Notes under the pieces: generated by a model
Database searches by the model: none
The model's input: the letters and a program-made list of their open reading frames with translations, nothing else
Told to the model about the DNA's origin: nothing
Position numbers and translations under genes: made by a program
In this document: positions 56,171-64,000 of the stretch, in pieces
How the letters are laid out: the number at the start of each line of letters is the position of its first letter
Position numbering within the stretch: position 1 is the stretch's first letter
NCBI RefSeq assembly: GCF_006345805.1
Contig: NC_043017.1
Span: 27,094,001 to 27,158,000 of the forward strand
Source: Octopus sinensis
Taxonomy: Eukaryota
Direction: 5' to 3'
DNA: 64,000 nucleotides

Positions 56171-56849
56171 TTGTTTCTCTATTTATCTACCTATATATCT
56201 GTCTAGTTGGCTGTCTGTCTATACGTCGGTATCTGTATGTATTTATATATGAAATCATGTATGGCAGTATGCATGCATGCATGTATGTATGTATGCATGT
56301 TTGTATGCGGATATGTATGCAGTATGCAGGTGCGTATATATACCCGCTCAGGAACTCATGCACTGATACATACATAGCAACGAAATATATGAATTTTACG
56401 AAACGATATTATATTCTTTGTCAGCATTGTTGTATAATTATGCACATTACTCCTGACAGAATGCCTTTCTCTACTAAGATATTTCCCTTCTAATAGAATA
56501 TGAATGTGAAGTCACTTTCATAGCCAGGCACGTAAATCTTTTTCACATTTTTGCTACCAGTATAAGAATTATTCTTTGAATTATTTTTTTGTTTGTTTTT
56601 GATTCCTCGGTTATCTCAGTTTCCTAATAGGTTTGGATTTTCCTTTCTCGAACTGAGAGACACATTTTGAATCATTGAGGATTCTGGTTGGTAAAACATC
56701 ACTCTTCATATCTGTCATCTTTTGTCTGTTACTTGTTTAAGTCGCTGCAGTATTCAAATGTTGGGACATATGCCATCAAACTCATACTGGGAGGAATCGA
56801 ACGCAGTACTTACTTTTAAAGCCTTTTAGCCAAGCGGTGATCGGCGACA

Positions 56850-57110
56850 TATACAGAACACACAGACACACAAACACAAACACACACGCACACACATAAA
56901 CACACACACACACACACAAGCACACACAAGTCCACACACTCACATATACAGACGACAGGCTTCTTTCAGTTTCAGTTGACCAAATCTACTCAGTATGAAT
57001 TGGTTGGCCCTGGGCTGTAGCAAAAAGCAGTTCCCCAAGTTGCCCGACTGTACAAAAGAACCCGGAGCTCGGAAGCAAACATCTTATCACAGAGCGAGCC
57101 GTGGCTCATA
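56850..57110 (-). mobile_element. Old diverged SINE A 5' half
   Basis: gacgacaggcttctttcagtttcag...ttgccc...gaacccgg. Confidence 0.7.
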
Positions 57111-57207
57111 AACTTTTTAGAATTGAATTACCTGTACTTTGCCCACATGACATTTTCTTTTTTAAATTCATGATTACCGAGATTTCTGTATTTGTAGAAA
57201 GGTACCT

Positions 57208-57597
57208 TTACTCTTTTTACTATTTTACTTGTTTCAGTCATTTGACTGCGGCCATGCTGGAGCACCGCCTTTAGTCGAGCAAATCGACCCCGGGACTTAT
57301 TCTTTGTAAGCCCAGTACTTATTCTATCATTCTCTTTTGCCGAACCGCTAAGTGACGGGGACGTAAACACACCAGCATCGGTTGTCAAGCAATGCTAGGG
57401 GTACAAACACAGACACACAAACACACACATACATATATACATATACATATATACGACGGGCTTCTTTTCAGTTTCCATCTACCAAATCCACTCACAAGGC
57501 TTTGGTCGGCCCGAGGCTATAATAGAAGACACTTGCCCAAGCTGCCACGCAGTGGGATTGAACCCGGAACCATATGGTTGGTAAACAAGCTACTTAC
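57208..57597 (-). mobile_element. SINE family A
   Basis: Reverse complement of consensus; 5' tip missing. Confidence 0.95.
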
Positions 57598-57792
57598 TTA
57601 GATTAATATTTCAGAAAAAGTGTCACAAATAAAAGAAATAAAGCCATTTTACAATACTTGATAAAAAATAAATATTTGACAAAAAAAAGACAATAATGAA
57701 AATTAGTATAAAACTAGTGATTTATTGGTAATACACTAAGAGCATGAAAAACATTTAGTTTAATAAATTCACGAAAGAATTTGAACATAGCT

Positions 57793-57923
57793 GGAGTGGC
57801 TATGGTTCCGGGTTCAGTCCCACTGCGTGGCATCTTGGGCAAATGTCTTCTGCTATGGCCCCGGGCCGACCAATGCCTTGTGAGTGGATTTGGTAGACGG
57901 AAACTGAAAGAAGCCTATCATGT

Positions 57924-57973
<50 letters not shown>

Positions 57974-58183
57974 TTGTGTGACCGTGTTTGTTCCCCTAGC
58001 ATTGCTTGACAACCGATGCTGGTGTGTTTACGTCCCCGTCACTTAGCGGTTCGGCAAAAGAGACCGATAGAATAAGTACTGGGCTTACAAAGAATAAGTC
58101 CCGGGGTCGATTTGCTCGACTAAAGGCGGTGCTCCGGCATGGCCGCAGTCAAAGGACTGAAACAAGTAAAAGAGTAAAAGAGT
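57793..58183 (+). mobile_element. SINE family A with an A-box-region deletion
   Basis: ggagtggct joined directly to atggttccggg. Confidence 0.93.
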
Positions 58184-58447
58184 ATAGCTGTATATTTAGG
58201 TTATTGTTATTATTATGGTCATAGCAAATATATATTATTGATAACGATCTGGACGAATCGTTAAGACATAGGTGAAAATACTGTAGCCTATTTCTTGTAA
58301 CTTTACGTTCAAATATCACAGATATCGAATATTTTTTCAGTCTTTCAGGGACGACAGAATGCGTAGCATTGTAGCCGAGGGGCCGGGTGAATGGACAATC
58401 CTGCTCCCTGAAACGTATAGGTGTTGTGCCTATTAGTAGCCACATTC

Positions 58448-58552
58448 AAGAAGGTGAGCTGGTAGAATGTTTAACAGGATGGAGAAAATGCTATGCGGAA
58501 TTTATTCTGTCTTTTCATTCTGAGTTCAAATGACACCGGAGTCAAATTTACC
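58448..58552 (+). mobile_element. Diverged SINE B head leading into the minisatellite
   Basis: aagaaggtgagctggtagaa...ttctgagttcaaat. Confidence 0.8.
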
Positions 58553-59122
58553 TGATATCCTTTCGGCACACGATAAAATAACTGATATCATTTCGGCACA
58601 CGATAAAATAACTGATATCCTTTCGGTACACGATAAAATAACTGATATCCTTTCGGCACACGTTAAAATAACTGATATCATTTCGGCACACGATAAAATA
58701 ACTGATTTCCTTTCGGCACACGATAAAGTAACTGATATAATTTCGGCACACGATAAAATAACTGATATCATTTCGGCACACGATAAAATAACTGATATCA
58801 TTTCGGCACACGATAAAATAACTGATATCATTTCGGCACACGATAAAATAACTGATATCCTTTCGGCACACGATAAAATAACTGATATCCTTTCGACACA
58901 CGATAAAATAAATGATATCATTTCGGCACACGATAAAATAACTGATATCCTTTCGGCACACGATAAAATAACTGATATCATTTCGGTACACGATAAAATA
59001 ACTGATATCCTTTCGGCACACGATAAAATAACTGATATCATTTCGGCACACGATAAAATAACTCATATCTTTTCGGCACACGATAAAATAACTGATATCA
59101 TTTCGACACATGATAAAATAAC
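58553..59122 (+). repeat. 30-bp minisatellite, 19 copies (TGATATC[C/A]TTTCGGCACACGATAAAATAAC)
   Basis: 570 bp = 19 x 30; no spacers. Confidence 0.98.
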
Positions 59123-59518
59123 TTCCGAGTATTGATATTCATGAAATCTAATGGTCATCTCATTAAAACTTTCAGGATTTCTGCCAATAGGGGAAACATT
59201 TGTTCCCCATAATCTGAACATTTATATCATTTCATATTTACATAATTTCTTTATTTATCATGAAAGTATAAGCTAACGACTACGGCATTATCCACTAACT
59301 ACTCGTTTCTATTACTTCATTAGAACGCAATTAGAGATTAAAGAAGTGCATTGAATTGATAAAGCGTATTATGTTAAATAGCGAATATTAGATTTTAGCG
59401 TGATGTCTCCAAGCTCAATTTTTTAAAATTATAATTATCACTCAATTAGCACTCAAAGAAAATTTATGGAATCGCATTGATTAGTTTATGTTTCACAGTA
59501 AGGTAATGATAATTGAAA

Positions 59519-59835
59519 TCGTGTGGCTAAGTGGTCACAATATTCGCTTCACATTCGCAATATATTGCGTTCGATTCCCGGTGGGTCATAGTGTCCTTGA
59601 GCGGGATACTTTATTTCATATTATACCAGGACATTCGGCAGGCCAAGATGAGTTGTACCTGTAATTTAAAGGGAGATTCTTGTCACATCCTGTCATACTG
59701 ACTCTCCCTGTGAAATATTTCAAGGGCTGCGTTTATGTGGATTGCTCAGTAACCTGTAGGTAAATTTGACGCGCAGCCTGTTCTGTTGATCGGATCAAGC
59801 GGAACAGCCGCTATCTTAAACGACTGAGTGCCTGA
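59519..59835 (+). mobile_element. Old tRNA-derived SINE family D
   Basis: A-box TGGCTAAGTGG, B-box GTTCGATTCCC, then gtgtccttgagc. Confidence 0.65.
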
Positions 59836-60319
59836 AAGAGAACAGGAAAGTGAGTTGTATTTGATTTCATGTTTATATTTTGGTGTGTTGTTATTGTTTT
59901 GTCTTTGACAAACCAGTCAAGATAGAACAAAATGTCTTGAAAGGAATCAAATTCTTCAGTATTCCAGTTTTTCTTTTAACCAATCGCTTGAACGAACATC
60001 ATTGTAAAATATATATCCGTCTCGCTTTTATCGGAACGATAAGAATTGTAATCAATATGACATCCAATCATAATTTATGAGTTCCATCGCTTATTTATTA
60101 TTTGTGATCCAATAAGCACTGATGCCAACCATCGAATCAAAGTATGATATCTTTTATTAAATCTTCAGAAATTGATTTTCCTGGGGTATGGTTCTTTCTT
60201 CAAACAGCGATATACGGGGTCTCCTGGTGTGTCTTGTATATTGTTTGGTGTAAATATTGTCGATTTGTACGCTATAACACAAGCATTCACACAAGCAAAA
60301 TTTCCCTGGGTTCGCAAAT

Positions 60320-60830
60320 ATTGGGTTGGCAACAAATTTTCAGTATTATTTGTGTGAAATATAAGTAATTTCTTTTTTTTTACATGCAAAGAATGAATTT
60401 CAAACAATTATATGTTTTTCATTTTGCACGATGACCTTTTGCTGTCTTACTGGAAAATTCCTGATTTCGCGTTTATAGAACTTCTGGTGCTTCTCCGTCA
60501 AAGACTGAAGCAAGTGCGATTTCAGGTCATTATTTCATGATTATTGAAAATTTTACTGAATAATCCCCCCAGGCCATGGCACCGTTTACATTCACTGAAT
60601 ATAGTCTGTTACTCTGATGCGAGTTAACACCACCGCCAAGGACGACAACGGCTGTACAAATAATATTACCATATATTTATTTACATTTTAAAACCCTTTT
60701 AATTATTTAACAAATGCCTCAAAAACCAATGAAACCTAGACGTCTCATTTTTTAATTCCTATTAATGATTACGTTTACATTTAACTAATCAAGTTATCCC
60801 TTTCAACGAAATTGCCGGTCTTGTGCCAAA
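60320..60830 (-). mobile_element. Mariner-like transposon remnant
   Basis: TIR-like TATTGGGTTGGCAAC; minus-strand remnant KHQKFYKREIRNFPVRQQKVIVQNEKHII resembles a mariner transposase C-terminus. Confidence 0.75.
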
Positions 60831-61269
60831 ATATTAAAACTTTCTATTATTAGTATTATTATCAATAGGATGGCGTGCTTTCTTTTTCTATTTCTCAGTT
60901 TTAAACTTGAAAATTTAAGACTTTTGAAGTCATTCCATCAAAGACGGGACGCTCTTTGCCTCCTTCTCCTTCAAATTCTGAATTTCAATTTCTATAAGTT
61001 TGAACTTCCGAGTATCACTTTTCATTTTGAACTCGACAAAGATAGGTTAGCTGTCGAAATTTCATTCAACCAATAAAATATTTATTGCAATCTGAATCAT
61101 GCTTTTTCATATTGTCTATTTACCTTTGAGCGGAGTTTCGTGAATCCTTTTAAAATATCAAAATCAAATAGATTTAGATTGTTGATTTTATGTTACACCG
61201 AATAAGAATTGGAACATTTAGAAATTCTGGAAGTTACCTAAACAGCCGGGTGTCTAAGGAAAACCGTAA

Positions 61270-61790
61270 TATAAATTGCAACTTTTGCATTTCATTTTAT
61301 TCCATCTTTTAGTTGGTTTGTCAGCCCTCTTAGTTTCGTTAGACCCCAGTGTTGAGCCCAATCCTGAGGCAATGGATTTCGTACCATTCAAATACAAATT
61401 ACTAAATGAAAAATCGTTATTTCTATCAGTTAAAATGGTTAATCGATTACGTGCTAAAATCAAAGCTATTAATCATTTTTTGAAAATATGTAGACTAGAA
61501 CAAATTATACCGGACGGTGTTTCATAAAATATACCAATGTGTTCATCACAGCCTGGCGATTCATTACTTCAAAAGGTTTAAATTGATTGTTGAGAGCAAT
61601 TCGTTTAACTTAAAGGAAGCTATTATTGAATACTATTTCAAAATTTGAATGTCCTTGTACAGGTATGTTCTAAAAATCGTCTCAAATATTTGTGAAATTG
61701 TTTGATGGAAATTTCGTCTCTGAAGAGCAAAACGGAAAAGAAACTGAAAAAAGCTGATTTCTCATTCCTCTGGACTAGCGGACAAGGTGC
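61270..61790 (+). mobile_element. Penelope-like ORF N-terminal relic
   Basis: KIKAINHFLKICRLEQIIPDG resembles the PLE N-terminal H..FL..C....IIP.G pattern; stops downstream. Confidence 0.5.
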
Positions 61791-61829
61791 ATTTTAGGTG
61801 AAAACATTTGCTTTGAAATATGAGAAATC

Positions 61830-62105
61830 ATTATCATCATCATCATCATCATCATCATCGTCGTCGTCGTCGTCGTTGTCATCATTGTCGTCATCATCAT
61901 CATCATCATCATCAGTACCACCAACACGCCCGTTGCTACTAATACTACTGCTGCTGCTGCTACTACTACAACAACAACAACAACTACTACTACTACTAAT
62001 ACTACTACTACTACCACTACTACTGCTGCTGCTGCTGATGCAACTACTACTACAACTACAAAAACAACAACAAATACTAAAATCATAACAACAACAACAA
62101 CAACA

Positions 62106-62145
<40 letters not shown>

Positions 62146-62249
62146 GATATTTTAATTGTTTTAAACATTATAATTAAGAAAGAAAGTTACAAAAGACGTT
62201 TCTGTTCAAAACACCATTTCTGTTGTTATTATTGTTATTATTATTATTA

Positions 62250-62324
<75 letters not shown>

Positions 62325-62340
62325 AATAATAATAATAATA

Positions 62341-62382
<42 letters not shown>

Positions 62383-62410
62383 CATTGGTATTATTATTAT
62401 TAATGTTATT
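61830..62410. repeat. Compound trinucleotide arrays (CAT, CGT, CTA, CAA, TTA, TAA)
   Basis: Direct reading. Confidence 0.95.
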
Positions 62411-63414
62411 ACTACTTCTATTTCACATTTCGTTCTCAGTTTTTCATTTGTTTATGTCCCAATGGCGAAAAAACGATGAACTTCTATTATTCATTCTGCC
62501 CGTGTAATTATGTGATGGAAGTTAGTTTTATCTCATTGTTTTCTTTCTATTAAGCTCTCATTAAAATATTGCACTCACTGTTAAAGATATTACAGAGCCT
62601 GGAGCGGCTTTTCAAATTGTTTGTATCTAGTTTTTCGAGATTTAAATTGCACTGTGTGATAGACAGCCATAAAAGAAATAAGTCATACACACATAGGTGT
62701 AAACAGTCTTATACAAACATGTACATATACATATGTATACTTTATATGCACATAATCACACAGACAGACGTACAAACACACTCGCACATACGTATATATG
62801 TAACTTCGTAACTTCATACGTTAAACATTTCAGAGGTAAACAACAAACAGGTTATATTTATAGCAAAATAAAGAAGGTACTCCAAATATGACTAACATTT
62901 TGAAATATGTCAACAATAACATGGGAATTTTGTTATATAACTAACATATACATCAACAGTCTTATGAAATACGTTCCACAGCGTACATACCTGAAGGTTC
63001 CCTCAAATTTCACTGTATATTCAGATCAAACTGATAATAAATGTTGACTTAAATTTTATCTGAGACTAAACCGACGTATGAAGCAAATGATGCTGAAGAC
63101 CTACTTTTCATATTTACCGATATCCATTGATGTCCACCAGGTATAATGGCGGTAAGTTTTCAGTGAGTGTCTCACATTTGTGACGCGATAGGAAATTATC
63201 ACAGGGACATAAGTTTATTACCCACTCTTACTAACGCGCTCCGTATACAACGCACAACACAGACACACACGCTCACACTCTCGGTTACACACACACACAT
63301 ATGCACACACATATGTATATGTATGTGTGTAAGTGAGTGTGTGAGAGTATGGGTGTGGGTATAAGTGAGAATGAAATTGTTTATATAAGATGAAATCGAT
63401 ATATATATATCGAT

Positions 63415-63816
63415 AGGTGCAGGAGTGTCTGTGTGGTATGTAGCTTCCTTACCAACCACATGGTTCTGGGGTTCAGTCCCACAGCGTGGAACCTTGGGCA
63501 AGTGTCTTCTACTATAGCCTCAGACCAACCAAAGCCTTGTGAGTGGATTTAGTAAACGGAAACTGAAAGAACCCGCCATATATATGTACATGTATGTGTG
63601 TGTGTATATGTTTACGTGTCTGTCTTTGTCCCCCCAACCGATGCTGGTGTGTTTACGTCTCCGTAACTTAGTGGTTCGGCCAAAGAGACCGATAGAACAA
63701 GTACCAGGCTTACAAAGAATAAGTCATGGTGTCGATTTCTTCGACTAAATGCGATGCTCCAGCATGGCCGCAGTCAAATGACTGAAACAAATAAAAGATT
63801 AAAAGAATAAAAGAAT
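63415..63816 (+). mobile_element. SINE family A, diverged
   Basis: Head, internal repeat and tail recognisable. Confidence 0.92.
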
Positions 63817-64000
63817 ATATATGTGTAGATCTATAATAATTTTTCTATACATCTGTGTAGATGTTTATCTATCTTTCTATATACATTATAATTTTTGCGT
63901 CTCGAAATAAACCGATAGAAATCTCTAAAAAAATCGTTATTACCGTACTGGTCCAATTTCTGGGATAATTCGTAAGAAATTTTCCCCTCTTCAGCGGCAA

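Noticed and set aside
58530-59135. CRISPR array, or a 201-aa repeat protein
   Set aside because: Units are contiguous with no unique spacers and no cas genes. ORFs on both strands follow from the 30-bp period, and the array derives from a SINE.

Overview
An AT-rich, repeat-saturated eukaryotic window, most likely from Octopus (coleoid cephalopod). This assignment is inferred from the (AT)n/(TATC)n load and from SINE families I recall as octopus-type; no database search was run. No host protein-coding gene can be assigned with confidence, and most ORF-track entries are microsatellite or SINE artefacts. The window holds at least five tRNA-derived or SINE-like families, decayed non-LTR retrotransposons (R4/Dong-like, RTE, CR1/L2-like), several Penelope-like relics, non-autonomous Helitrons and a mariner remnant. 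The main observations worth follow-up are: (1) hammerhead-ribozyme-like cores in Penelope-type terminal repeats, including one forming the 3' part of a tRNA-headed SINE (26838-27090); (2) a SINE that occurs as head-plus-tandem ~182-bp multimers; (3) a 19 x 30-bp minisatellite derived from that SINE's core; (4) three near-perfect fold-back palindromes tied to (AT)n tracts, which are either real or assembly artefacts; (5) a candidate recursive-splice site. Repeat boundaries were set by eye and are approximate to about 10-20 bp.
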